Assembly (NCBI GenBank): GCA_963663385.2
Contig: CAXXXD010000002.1
Location: forward strand, 640,001 to 704,000
DNA length: 64,000 bases
Direction: 5' to 3'
From: Oceanispirochaeta sp.
GTDB taxonomy: Bacteria; Spirochaetota; Spirochaetia; DSM-2461
Below the pieces are notes generated by a model. That model was not told the origin of the DNA, ran no database searches, and was given only the letters and a program-made list of their open reading frames with translations. This document shows, piece by piece, positions 47,617-58,131 of this stretch; positions within the stretch are counted from its first letter, which is position 1, and each line of letters starts with the position of its first letter. Made by a program: the position numbers and the translations under genes.

Positions 47617-47998
47617 CAACTTCTTTATTTTATTTATTCATGATGGACAGGGGGGATATATTATCCCTTTTTTCCGTTTATTTTTGATGAGGCCTATCCG
47701 GAATGGCCGCAGGGTTCTCAGCCGGGCTTCTCATATCCAACTGTTCAAACCCTTTCTAAATAAAGGCCTCCTCAGCTTTTATAAGGATCCTGTTTTCCGG
47801 ATCTTCTATGATTTCTGGCATTTTTCTCTCTTTATGAACAACGCTCATAAAAATATCAGACCATTCTGATCCGGTCAAATTCTCCTGCAGAGGAGAATCT
47901 CACCATTTTTAAGGGAGACAGGACCTTTTTTACTGCGCAAAGGAAGAAGGTGGAGTCTATAATTATATCTATGGGTTGAACAAGTACAGGAGGTGTCT

Positions 47999-48304
47999 AT
48001 GGAGGAGTCGAATTTTCATGATCGACTGAAGAATACAGGCCGGAATGATCTGTGTCCCTGCGGATCGGGAAAGAAGTATAAAATGTGTCACCTGGATGCG
48101 GATGAACATCTGCAGCTTGAAGAACTCAAAGCTCGGGACCAGGCACGCCATGAGGAGGAACACGAACCGGCCCCGGCCGATGAATCTCCTCATTTTGAAA
48201 AAAACGAGAGGGTAGAGCATTCGGTCCATGTTCCGCCTCAGCGGGCCAGGGGGATTCAGGGGCGTAAGGGCAATGGTGTTCCCAGAAGATCCGCGTCTTC
48301 CTGA
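47999..48304 (+). CDS. SEC-C metal-binding motif protein
   Basis: GRNDLCPCGSGKKYKMCH; AGGAGG RBS before ATG 47999. Confidence 0.85.
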   Translation: MEESNFHDRLKNTGRNDLCPCGSGKKYKMCHLDADEHLQLEELKARDQARHEEEHEPAPADESPHFEKNERVEHSVHVPPQRARGIQGRKGNGVPRRSASS

Positions 48305-48510
48305 GCGGGAATTGAATCGGGACTCCATCGAAACTTCACAATCTGCAGATTAATATAAAGAGGAAGCTGTTCTATGATGGCCGGTCCCTATCTGGATTAC
48401 GGGCAGCTGTTTCTGAAGACCCTGGAGTCAACTGACGGTATCTTCGGATTGAAAACGCCCTTTTCCTCTTTTACGGGACGGAAGCCGTTGCCTTTCTGCA
48501 AATGAACTGG

Positions 48511-50058
48511 CTATTGTTCCGGCGGGGTGCTTCTCACGCCGGGAATCCTTACCTCTCCGTCAATGAGTCTGCCTTTCCAGCTTCCCCCGGGGATCTTCCG
48601 GATCTTTCCGGTTAGAATCATTCCTCCGATTATCTCCATTACATCATCCGGATCCCACTCTCTGAAAATACCGAAGCCCGGGGACCTGTAATACCGTCCC
48701 TGCCGGATTCCGCTGCTGAATCTTCCCAGCAGGAAATCTCCCAGCAGCCGTGAATCAAACCGTTTTCTATATACCCGGACAACACCTTTAACTGTATCTT
48801 CCGCCGGATCCTTCAGTATCACTTCGCCCCGGCAGACATCACAGTTGTCGCAGTCCTCGGGTTCAGCCTCCAGAATGGCCAGGAGACTCTCCCGGCGGCA
48901 GGTTGTTGAATCTTCTGCAAAGGCAACCAGTTTTCCGTACCGTTCCCGCAGCTCGGATCGGGGATTCGCCTTCTCCCGGTCGCGATCCTCCGGATGATAG
49001 AGCAGCACCGCCCGGCAGGGCTGTCTGTCCCGTCCCGCCCTGCCCGATTCCTGCAGGTAGGCCTCTACAGAAGAGGGGAGGGCCAGGTGAATAACCGTGC
49101 GGATATTTCCCTTGTCCATTCCCATGCCGTAGGCACAAGTGGAGCATAATATTCCTTCAGAAGAATCAAAAAACCATTTTTCCCGTTTTGTCCGGAGAGT
49201 GGGAGACAAGCCTGCATGGTAGTAGCGAATCTCATCAGGTACCAGTTCATTTATTCTTTCCCGAAGAATAAGAGCCACCTGTTCACACAGACGGCGTGTA
49301 GGGCAGAATATAATAGCCGGTCTTTCCGCTGTCTTTAAAACATCTTCCAGACCTTTTGTCCGTGAAAGAACCGGACGGACCTCATAATGGATATTCACCC
49401 TGTCCGGATTAGCCCTGACCAGATTAAAAGATCTGTCTTTTAAAAGATAATCCTGAATCTTTCCCAGAATAAGGGGCGAGGCGGTGGCGGTAAAAGCGGT
49501 GACCTGCTCAACCGGAAGATTGTTAAAGGTTTTACCCAGCTCCAGGCAGGCCGGGCGGAAGGTCTCACCCCATTCGGGAATGGTATGGGCTTCGTCGATG
49601 ACCAGATGGGAGATTTTCACATCTTTCAGTTTGTCCTGTACTTCGGGCAGGGTCAGCATCTCCGGGTTGGTCAGAAGCATCCGGATCTCTCCGGCCTGTA
49701 CGGAGCGCCATATATCCTCCTTCTCTTTGCGGCTCATTCCGCCCTTCAGCAGGGCCCCTTTCATCCCTGCCTCCTCCACCCGGCGGAGCTGATCCGCCAT
49801 TAATCCAAGGAGGGGAAACACGACAATCGTCAGACCCGGGAGAAGGGCGGCCGGCAGCATAAAGCAGAGGCTCTTCCCGGCCCCAGTGGGCAGCAGAACC
49901 ACCTGATTGGGCGGGGCTTCCTCCGCTTCCTCTCTGGAGAAAAGACCGGCTTTGCGGAGGATGTTTGTAATAACCAGGCGCTGGTAGGGGAAGAGGTAAG
50001 TGAGACCGAAGCGTTCGGCGGCGGTACGGGTGAGGATATCGGTTTTTTGTTCTTCCAT
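48511..50058 (-). CDS. recQ: RecQ family ATP-dependent DNA helicase (full length, no HRDC seen)
   Basis: LPTGAGKSLCF, IDEAH, FTATA, YHAGL, YGMGMDK, QESGRAGRD, Zn site CRR..CDNCDVC. Confidence 0.93.
   Translation of the reverse strand: MEEQKTDILTRTAAERFGLTYLFPYQRLVITNILRKAGLFSREEAEEAPPNQVVLLPTGAGKSLCFMLPAALLPGLTIVVFPLLGLMADQLRRVEEAGMKGALLKGGMSRKEKEDIWRSVQAGEIRMLLTNPEMLTLPEVQDKLKDVKISHLVIDEAHTIPEWGETFRPACLELGKTFNNLPVEQVTAFTATASPLILGKIQDYLLKDRSFNLVRANPDRVNIHYEVRPVLSRTKGLEDVLKTAERPAIIFCPTRRLCEQVALILRERINELVPDEIRYYHAGLSPTLRTKREKWFFDSSEGILCSTCAYGMGMDKGNIRTVIHLALPSSVEAYLQESGRAGRDRQPCRAVLLYHPEDRDREKANPRSELRERYGKLVAFAEDSTTCRRESLLAILEAEPEDCDNCDVCRGEVILKDPAEDTVKGVVRVYRKRFDSRLLGDFLLGRFSSGIRQGRYYRSPGFGIFREWDPDDVMEIIGGMILTGKIRKIPGGSWKGRLIDGEVRIPGVRSTPPEQ
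49120..49998. repeat. 879-bp direct repeat within recQ (partner 56598-57476, offset 7478)
   Basis: Aligns with 56598-57476; only two mismatches spotted by eye (49579/57057 and 49639/57117). Confidence 0.95.
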
Positions 50059-50280
50059 ACCCCTATATACACAGCCACATCCTCTGCTGCTTCAAAGGTT
50101 ATTTTAATATAATTTTGAGCTGTATCGAATCTCGGGAGGACTATATAAGGTACTGGCAAAATTCCGGATTCAAAAAAACTTCCAGGTAATGGTCAAATCA
50201 AGAAAGATTCTGTATTGGAAGGGTTACACCACAATTATTACCGGAGTACTGCTTGAATGCTGAAAAAGCCATTCCACGTG

Positions 50281-51762
50281 TCAGATAGATTCGGCCACTC
50301 TCTGAAAATGATATCCATATACGGCAAAGGTAAGAGCCATCCTCAGTTTTTCAGGATAGTTAAATAATGTATACCAGAATAGTTTCCAAAAATAGAACTT
50401 TCCATCCTTTTTTAGAACACCAAGCTTAAGAAGAACCAGAACAAATGATCGCAGACTGGAAAATGGACTGGCGTTGAGGTTTTCAAAAGGGCCCCTGTAC
50501 TCTTCGAGAAAAACACGGATTCTCTCAAAAAACAGCTTAGGGGAATAGATCTTTTTCATAAGGGACTTGTATCCATTAATCAGAACATCAGGAGGAATCT
50601 TGGGGATAAAATTCAGAATTCCATCCGTGTTATTTCCGGTTATACCCGCAATTATCCTTTTTTCCTTTTTCAGTCTTTCATACAGACGGGTTCCCAATGG
50701 AGCATTCAGAAGCCCTACCATAGCTGTGACAATCCCGCTGTTCTGAATAAATCTGGTCTGCCTATCAAAAATATCCACAGGATCGTTATCAAATCCTATG
50801 ATAAACCCTCCCGAAACATTGAAACCCTTCCGCTGCATGATTTTAACACTCTGAATCAGATCCCGTCCCTGGTTCTGAATTTTATGACACTCATTCAGAC
50901 TGGCTTCTTCCGAAGATTCAATTCCGATAAAACAGGTACTGAATCCGGCCTGCCTCATCATATCCATCAGTTCCTCATCATCAGACATGTTTATAGAGGC
51001 TTCTGTCGTAAAATTGAAGGGATAATGGTGATCTTCCTGCCAGGATATCAAAGCCGGAAGCATTTCACTTTTCAAACGGTTTTTATTCCCAATAAAATTA
51101 TCATCTACAATAAAGACAGAACCTCTCCACTTCGCCTTATACAGCGATGTCATTTCATCAAGAAACTGATCCGTTTTTTTTACACGTGATTTATGACCGA
51201 AAAGAGCGGTTATGCTGCAGAACTCGCAATTGAATGGGCACCCTCTGGAATACTGAAGATCCATTGAAGCATAATCATTCAGATGAAGTAGACTCCAGTC
51301 CGGAATGGGGGTTTGTGACAGATCTGCAAAATCACCGGTCTCATAGACTCTTTTCAAATGCCCCGATTCCAGATCCCGGACAAAAGGTTTCATCGTAATC
51401 TCTGCTTCATTCAACATAAAACAGTCTACATCGGGAAAACTCCCGGGATGCTGGGTGACCATCGGACCGCCGGCTACAATTTTCGCCCCGACCTCTTTGC
51501 ATCTTTTAACCACTTCTGTAAAAGATTTCTTCTGAATATCCATACCGCTGATGAATACAAAGTCAGCCCATAAAATATCGTTTAGAGACAACCTCCGCGT
51601 ATTCAAATCCACCAGCTTTTTCTCCCACAACGAAGGAAGTAAGGATGCAACAGTCAACAGGCCCAGAGGAGGGTCTGATGCTTTTTTGCCAATAAAGCTT
51701 AAAGCATATTTAAAGCTCCAGAATGTTATAGGTATTTCCGGATATATCAGGAGAATCTTCAA
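50281..51762 (-). CDS. B12-binding domain radical SAM protein with DUF4070-like C-terminus, copy 2
   Basis: Same motifs as copy 1; substitutions concentrated in the C-terminal third. Confidence 0.9.
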   Translation of the reverse strand: MKILLIYPEIPITFWSFKYALSFIGKKASDPPLGLLTVASLLPSLWEKKLVDLNTRRLSLNDILWADFVFISGMDIQKKSFTEVVKRCKEVGAKIVAGGPMVTQHPGSFPDVDCFMLNEAEITMKPFVRDLESGHLKRVYETGDFADLSQTPIPDWSLLHLNDYASMDLQYSRGCPFNCEFCSITALFGHKSRVKKTDQFLDEMTSLYKAKWRGSVFIVDDNFIGNKNRLKSEMLPALISWQEDHHYPFNFTTEASINMSDDEELMDMMRQAGFSTCFIGIESSEEASLNECHKIQNQGRDLIQSVKIMQRKGFNVSGGFIIGFDNDPVDIFDRQTRFIQNSGIVTAMVGLLNAPLGTRLYERLKKEKRIIAGITGNNTDGILNFIPKIPPDVLINGYKSLMKKIYSPKLFFERIRVFLEEYRGPFENLNASPFSSLRSFVLVLLKLGVLKKDGKFYFWKLFWYTLFNYPEKLRMALTFAVYGYHFQRVAESI

Positions 51763-51847
51763 ACTTAAACCTTCTACTCACAAATATACTATATTTATAA
51801 TTATACCAGCCTAAATAATGGGTAAAGTAAAAGAAGTGTAAAATCTG

Positions 51848-52810
51848 ATGAGCACAGTTAAGAAAAAAATAACCCTCCGGACTTCGGTGACTATGTTTGT
51901 TCTTGTACAGATTTTCTTTCTCATACTGATAGGGCTTTGGATTTGGTTTTTTCTTACTGATAATGAAATCAATCAGTCGTCGAACACTGTAATCAATTTC
52001 CCATTTTTTTCAGTCCCTGTGAAGACAGTTCTCTTTCTTTGTGGGCTATTACTGATTTTCCTGAATTCCGGAGGAACGTATTATTTATTTCAGGAATTCA
52101 TTAAACAGACAAGAATTAATCGTATGTATGACAATTTTATCATCAATATAGCTCATGACTTGAAGACACCTGCAGCATCCATTCAGCTGATTGGAGAAAC
52201 ACTTGCCAACAGAGACCTCTCAGATGATACTTATTATGATTTTCTTAACCGCCTGGAAAACGACACGACAAGGCTGAATCTGTTGATCAAATCCATTCTG
52301 GAGATTTCCAGAATATACAAGAAAAGTGACATGTTTTCGTTTGTTTCATTAAATGCGGATTTTTATGTCAGAACTGCAATCCGAGTTCTTCAAAGCCAAT
52401 TCAACCTGGATAAAGACAGGATTTCTGTTGTTGGATATTCCAAGTGCCAGATAAGAATAGATCCTTCTGCTTTTACAGCAGTCTTAAGCAATCTAATTGA
52501 TAACTCAATAAAATACAGCTCCTCACCGGTGAAAATTAAAATATATTTAGGATATAAAAAGAAGAAGTTCATTTTAATTTTTTCAGATGAGGGAAGCGGT
52601 ATCTCCCGGAAATTCAGAAAGCGTGTTTTCAAGAAGTTTGTTCAAATAAGAACGCTCCCCAATTCTACCCTCACAGGCTTGGGGTTAGGTCTCAACTGGT
52701 GCAGAGAGATTCTCCATATACACAAAGGAAGAATTCAGATTCAGCAAAAAAGGAATAGTAAGGGGACCTTTTTTTACATTGAACTGACGGGAGACAGGTT
52801 GATTAATTAA
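51848..52810 (+). CDS. Sensor histidine kinase, copy 2
   Basis: NIAHDLKTP H-box; four amino-acid differences from copy 1 seen. Confidence 0.92.
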   Translation: MSTVKKKITLRTSVTMFVLVQIFFLILIGLWIWFFLTDNEINQSSNTVINFPFFSVPVKTVLFLCGLLLIFLNSGGTYYLFQEFIKQTRINRMYDNFIINIAHDLKTPAASIQLIGETLANRDLSDDTYYDFLNRLENDTTRLNLLIKSILEISRIYKKSDMFSFVSLNADFYVRTAIRVLQSQFNLDKDRISVVGYSKCQIRIDPSAFTAVLSNLIDNSIKYSSSPVKIKIYLGYKKKKFILIFSDEGSGISRKFRKRVFKKFVQIRTLPNSTLTGLGLGLNWCREILHIHKGRIQIQQKRNSKGTFFYIELTGDRLIN

Positions 52811-52825
52811 TAAGAGGGGAACACA

Positions 52826-53530
52826 TTGGCTAACGGGGAATTAATACTTCTGATTGAAGACGATAGGAATTTGGCATCTAGTGTAATATACAATCTGGAA
52901 AATGAAGGTTACAGAGTTCTCTGGGCAGAAGAGGGACATCAGGCTATGAAACTGTCGGATAATGGTGACATAAGTCTTGTCATACTGGACATAATACTTC
53001 CTTATTACAACGGATTCACAATACTGGAAAAAATAAGGTCGGACTCGCCATCCTTGCCTGTAATTATCGTTTCAGCAAGATCTGAAGTTCAGGATAAAAT
53101 CATAGGTCTTTCACTGGGTGCAGATGATTATCTGCCGAAACCGTTTCATTTAAAAGAATTGCTTTTGAGAGTAGCCGGAATGCTAAAAAGGAGGAACTGG
53201 TATAGAAATAATATTTCCGATATAGACGATTTTTCCTTTGGCGAAAACAGAATCAATTTTGAAAATGCGACCTGCCAGTCCCCAAAAGGGTCATTTCAAC
53301 TGACACCTCTTGAAAGTGCCCTGCTAAAGTGCTTTGTCTTAAACGAAGATCAAATACTATCCAAACAGGAACTTCTTAAGAAGGTTTGGAAAACGAGTAC
53401 TGAAGCAGAAACCCGAACTGTCGATAACTTTGTGATGCGGATAAGAAAATACTTTGAAGAAGATCCTTCCAAGCCAGTGTACTTCAAAAATATCAGGAAT
53501 AGGGGATACATATTCTCAACCAAAGGATAA
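52826..53530 (+). CDS. OmpR/PhoB family response regulator, copy 2
   Basis: Receiver identical to copy 1 up to KPFH; earlier stop (GAA to TAA). Confidence 0.93.
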   Translation: MANGELILLIEDDRNLASSVIYNLENEGYRVLWAEEGHQAMKLSDNGDISLVILDIILPYYNGFTILEKIRSDSPSLPVIIVSARSEVQDKIIGLSLGADDYLPKPFHLKELLLRVAGMLKRRNWYRNNISDIDDFSFGENRINFENATCQSPKGSFQLTPLESALLKCFVLNEDQILSKQELLKKVWKTSTEAETRTVDNFVMRIRKYFEEDPSKPVYFKNIRNRGYIFSTKG

Positions 53531-53770
53531 TGAAAGGAAAGAGGAAAAGAATGAGCAAACGAAACTATTTGATATAAAAGGATGGTTAAATAAAATACCG
53601 CAAAGGGGATTTCCCGGAAAAACTGGAATCGGCTGAAAACACTTCTCAAAAGACTCAAAGCAAATTGACAGGACACAAGTACACACAATTCAAATGAAAA
53701 GGTTTATACTTAAATATATGTATACTTGATAATCTAAAAAGATTATTTCGGGAAATAAAGGATAGACACT

Positions 53771-56308
53771 ATGGCTGCAGAATGCAATTTTGAGGGAATA
53801 AAAAAAATAGCTCACCCCAGAATTTCTCGTGATCTGCTTGAAGTGATATGCTCGGAGAAAGAAGCATCAGATAAACAAAAAAAGGAGATCGCAAAGATAT
53901 CCACAGACTTAGGCAGTAATTTCTATAGGGAAGTTCTTTTTTTATTGACTTATAGCGAGATTGATAACCCCGAAGTTGCAGAAAGAATCTGCCACAGTAT
54001 CGCAAAACATAAAATTGAAATGCAAAAAAAGCTTAAAAGAACTGTTCTTCTGGAAATTGCCGCATTGGACTATATCCATTCCAGAAGCAAAGCTGACTTA
54101 CCCGTTATGGTCAATAAGGATAATATCATCAATCAAATAGCCAGGCAGGCCATTACGGACAGTAAAACCACAGCATTCTCTGGTGAACAGTTGAAGGTTG
54201 ATATTCAAAAGGAAATGGATAGGACATTTAGATACGGCTTGACATTTTCTGTCATCATGATTGACCTGGACAACTTCAAAGCGATAAATGACACTCATGG
54301 ACACCAGAAGGGAGACCTTGCACTACAATTCTTCGCCTTACTCGTAGTTGAAAATCTCAGAAAACTGGATATTTTGTATCGTTTCGGCGGAGATGAATTT
54401 CTCATACTGCTCCCTCAGACTAATATTAAAGGGGCAGGGAAAATTGCCCTCAAATTACTAAAACTGCTCAATACAACTCCCTGTGAAGCTATTGGGCAGA
54501 CGATCTCTGCCAGTATGGGAGTTTCAGCTTATGGGAATATATACAGCAATAGTTATACAAAGCTGATTGATAGTGCAGACCAGGCTCTATACAAGGCGAA
54601 AGCAGAAGGGAAAAACCTTATAGCCCTATTCAGAGAAGGGAAATGTGTAATTCTCAAACAGGGAAAAGGCAAACAGCTAAAAAGCAGCAAAAATGAAAAT
54701 GAAAAAACTCCATGCCATCCAATTGTACCGGGATACGCTATGGGAGAGATTTATCTCTACAAAGATATTTTCTCCAGCCGAATAAGCCAATATGAAATTA
54801 AAGCAGAGGAAGTGGAAAATGAACTGGAGCGGATCAGGATAGCCATAATGAGTGTTGTCGATGATCTGTCGGAAATGCAGAGCATCGTTGAAGAAGAAAT
54901 GAGCAAAGAGCATGGAGCTATTTTCCTCGCCCACAAGTTGATTCTTCAGGACAGCCATATTTTCAATGATATAGAAAATGAATTAAACGAAAAATTATTA
55001 AACGGTGAGATTATCGTCAGAGATATATTCCGTAAACTGGAAACGAGATTTCTTCTATTCGAAGACAAGCAACGAAATGACAAAGCCAAAGATATCAGGG
55101 ACATCGGCGGTAGAGTCGTAAGAAAACTTCAGGGTAAAGACAAAAACCTGCTATCATCGCTACCGGAAAACACCATTCTTCTCTCTCAGAGACTACTTCC
55201 TTCCGATACTGTTTTCCTCGATAAGAAACATGTCAGAGCAATAATTACCGTAGAGGGGAGCCGCGGTTCCCATTCCGCCATTCTGGCGCGCGCTCTCGAT
55301 ATCCCCTATGTAACAATACGCCGGGAAATTGAACATCTGCCCAATCATACACAGGTTATTGTCGATGGCAACGGCAGCTCCATCATAACCAACCCTGATG
55401 CCCAGCTCATAAAAAAATACAGCGAACTTATAGAAGAGCAGAAATCAGCGGCCCTTCCGCAGGTCGTCTCTAGCAAACCTCTTGAATTCCATGGTAGAAA
55501 AATCTCACTTTTAGCTAATGTTTCCTGTCGGGAGGAAGCTCTGGAAGCCTTGTCAGCCGGAGCGGAAGGTGTAGGATTGTTCCGTGTGGAAAACATCTAT
55601 ATGTCGAGCCGAACAATGCCCGATGAAGATTATCTCCTGTCCCGTTTCACAGATATCCTCAACCCTTTGAAGGGTAAGGAGATAACTGTCAGGCTGGTAG
55701 ATATCGGTTCTGATAAAGTTCCGTCATATCTCAATCTGGGTAATGAAATCAATCCGGCTCTGGGTCTCAGAGGGGTGCGACTTCTCTTAAAACACAGAAA
55801 ACTGCTCCAAACACAACTATCTGCTTGTATAAGATTGAATAAAGAAATACCTGTTAAAATCATGCTTCCCATGGTAACGATGCCCTTGGAAATCAGACAA
55901 GTGCGCAATATTTTGAATAAAATGGATGGCGGAGACAAGATACAGATAGGAACCATGATTGAAACTCCTGCCGCAGTATTCCATATAGATGAGATATTGG
56001 AGGAATCTGATTTTATCAGCATAGGTACCAATGATCTCATTCAGTACACCATGGCATCGGACAGGGAAAATAAAGATGTAGCAGAGTATTTTGATAAAGG
56101 ATTTCAGGCACTGAGCAGAACTCTCGAAAATATATTCAAGAAGTCCAGAGAGGCTTCAAAGGACTGTGCGGTCTGCGGTGAAGCCGCTGGAGACAGCGAT
56201 TATATTCCGTCGCTGCTTAAACTGGGTCTAACGAAATTCAGCGTACTGCCGAATCTTATCCATAGGGTCAGAAAAGAAATTATCGAATACTCTGAAGCTG
56301 AGAATTGA
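53771..56308 (+). CDS. Fusion of N-terminal helical domain, GGDEF domain and PTS Enzyme I (PEP-protein phosphotransferase)
   Basis: DLDNFKAINDTHGH, RKLDILYRFGGDEF; then PGYAMG, IFLAHKLILQD, SHSAILARALDIP (phospho-His), GVGLFR, NPALGLRGVR, MIETPAA, SIGTNDLIQY, VCGE. Confidence 0.9.
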   Translation: MAAECNFEGIKKIAHPRISRDLLEVICSEKEASDKQKKEIAKISTDLGSNFYREVLFLLTYSEIDNPEVAERICHSIAKHKIEMQKKLKRTVLLEIAALDYIHSRSKADLPVMVNKDNIINQIARQAITDSKTTAFSGEQLKVDIQKEMDRTFRYGLTFSVIMIDLDNFKAINDTHGHQKGDLALQFFALLVVENLRKLDILYRFGGDEFLILLPQTNIKGAGKIALKLLKLLNTTPCEAIGQTISASMGVSAYGNIYSNSYTKLIDSADQALYKAKAEGKNLIALFREGKCVILKQGKGKQLKSSKNENEKTPCHPIVPGYAMGEIYLYKDIFSSRISQYEIKAEEVENELERIRIAIMSVVDDLSEMQSIVEEEMSKEHGAIFLAHKLILQDSHIFNDIENELNEKLLNGEIIVRDIFRKLETRFLLFEDKQRNDKAKDIRDIGGRVVRKLQGKDKNLLSSLPENTILLSQRLLPSDTVFLDKKHVRAIITVEGSRGSHSAILARALDIPYVTIRREIEHLPNHTQVIVDGNGSSIITNPDAQLIKKYSELIEEQKSAALPQVVSSKPLEFHGRKISLLANVSCREEALEALSAGAEGVGLFRVENIYMSSRTMPDEDYLLSRFTDILNPLKGKEITVRLVDIGSDKVPSYLNLGNEINPALGLRGVRLLLKHRKLLQTQLSACIRLNKEIPVKIMLPMVTMPLEIRQVRNILNKMDGGDKIQIGTMIETPAAVFHIDEILEESDFISIGTNDLIQYTMASDRENKDVAEYFDKGFQALSRTLENIFKKSREASKDCAVCGEAAGDSDYIPSLLKLGLTKFSVLPNLIHRVRKEIIEYSEAEN

Positions 56309-56591
56309 TCGCTATATAATTGCACATGAGTCTAAAACCCTGGCGGAAATTCTATTATTTGAGTGAGAACCCCGCCCCAATTCTTTTAGACTTCAACCGG
56401 ATTTATGCACTACTTCGGAAATTATGGACATATGAATCCTCATTATGAGATATATGCGGCGCTCACCATTCACTTGTCCTCTGACGAGTGAAACTTAATA
56501 TAGAAAATTTGAACAATTATGCCCGCTCTGTAAAGACATTACAGAATATACTGATTTGAAAGAGGCGAGAAATTATTAAACCCAACATAAA

Positions 56592-57533
56592 TTACAGTCC
56601 CATGCCGTAGGCACAAGTGGAGCATAATATTCCTTCAGAAGAATCAAAAAACCATTTTTCCCGTTTTGTCCGGAGAGTGGGAGACAAGCCTGCATGGTAG
56701 TAGCGAATCTCATCAGGTACCAGTTCATTTATTCTTTCCCGAAGAATAAGAGCCACCTGTTCACACAGACGGCGTGTAGGGCAGAATATAATAGCCGGTC
56801 TTTCCGCTGTCTTTAAAACATCTTCCAGACCTTTTGTCCGTGAAAGAACCGGACGGACCTCATAATGGATATTCACCCTGTCCGGATTAGCCCTGACCAG
56901 ATTAAAAGATCTGTCTTTTAAAAGATAATCCTGAATCTTTCCCAGAATAAGGGGCGAGGCGGTGGCGGTAAAAGCGGTGACCTGCTCAACCGGAAGATTG
57001 TTAAAGGTTTTACCCAGCTCCAGGCAGGCCGGGCGGAAGGTCTCACCCCATTCGGGGATGGTATGGGCTTCGTCGATGACCAGATGGGAGATTTTCACAT
57101 CTTTCAGTTTGTCCTGAACTTCGGGCAGGGTCAGCATCTCCGGGTTGGTCAGAAGCATCCGGATCTCTCCGGCCTGTACGGAGCGCCATATATCCTCCTT
57201 CTCTTTGCGGCTCATTCCGCCCTTCAGCAGGGCCCCTTTCATCCCTGCCTCCTCCACCCGGCGGAGCTGATCCGCCATTAATCCAAGGAGGGGAAACACG
57301 ACAATCGTCAGACCCGGGAGAAGGGCGGCCGGCAGCATAAAGCAGAGGCTCTTCCCGGCCCCAGTGGGCAGCAGAACCACCTGATTGGGCGGGGCTTCCT
57401 CCGCTTCCTCTCTGGAGAAAAGACCGGCTTTGCGGAGGATGTTTGTAATAACCAGGCGCTGGTAGGGGAAGAGGTAGGTAAGTCCGAATACTTCGGCGGC
57501 GGTCCGGGTCAGAAGGTCGGGGGATTGGTCCAT
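56592..57533 (-). pseudogene. recQ: 3'-truncated recQ copy
   Basis: Start MDQSPDLL (ATG 57533); matches full recQ until CAYGMG, then L-stop; lacks motif VI and the Zn/RQC domain. Confidence 0.9.
56598..57476. repeat. 879-bp direct repeat (partner 49120-49998)
   Basis: Aligns with 49120-49998. Confidence 0.95.
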
Positions 57534-57798
57534 ATCTGTTTTATGCCCGGAAACGGGGTTGTGATTCAAAGGTGGTTTATCTGTACAGGATAAAGCTAAG
57601 GAAAAGAGAAAAAACAACCTCACCAGTATTTTAACGGGACTTGCTGTCATATACGGAATACAGATTCCCGTTGACAGGCCGGCATTTATAAAGGATAGTT
57701 TATTCAATGAATTAACTATCGAAATCGTATCTGAATTTCACCAGTTATCCGATATTTCAACGCCGGAAACTCCAAATAATAATCAATGAGGAAAAATC

Positions 57799-58131
57799 AT
57801 GAGTACGAAAATCGTCAGAAGAATGGAAACGAAGAATCTGCTGGAAGGCGACGAGTTTACCAAAGTCTATTTTCATACGGACAAGCTGATTTTTGCAGTC
57901 AGTACACTGCTGCCCGGACAGAAAGCCTGTCTGGACAAAGGCCATCAGGATTCCGATGAAACCTGTTATGTTATCGAGGGGCATGTGGCCGTTCATCTGA
58001 CAGGTCTGGATGAAGTTCACGAACTGGAAAAGGGCGACTGCATTCTGATTCCCAGAGGGGAGCCTCACTATACCGTCAATATCGGCGGGAGTCAGTCAGT
58101 CACAGCCTGGTCCTGTGCTCCCCGTTTGTAG
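57799..58131 (+). CDS. Cupin domain protein
   Basis: LLPGQ..GHQDSDETCYVIEG..LEKGDCILIPRGEPH.TVN cupin motifs. Confidence 0.88.
   Translation: MSTKIVRRMETKNLLEGDEFTKVYFHTDKLIFAVSTLLPGQKACLDKGHQDSDETCYVIEGHVAVHLTGLDEVHELEKGDCILIPRGEPHYTVNIGGSQSVTAWSCAPRL

Larger units (their letters stand above)
50281..53577. repeat. 3.3-kb duplicated cassette, copy 2
   Basis: Aligns with 37624-40920. Confidence 0.95.

Noticed and set aside
48375..48506. 43-codon ORF MMAGPYLDYGQLF...
   Set aside because: Too short and no recognisable homology; cannot be supported.
57534..57707. N-terminal extension of the truncated RecQ given in the ORF track
   Set aside because: Homology to the other recQ copies starts at MDQS (57533); the extension is intergenic sequence.
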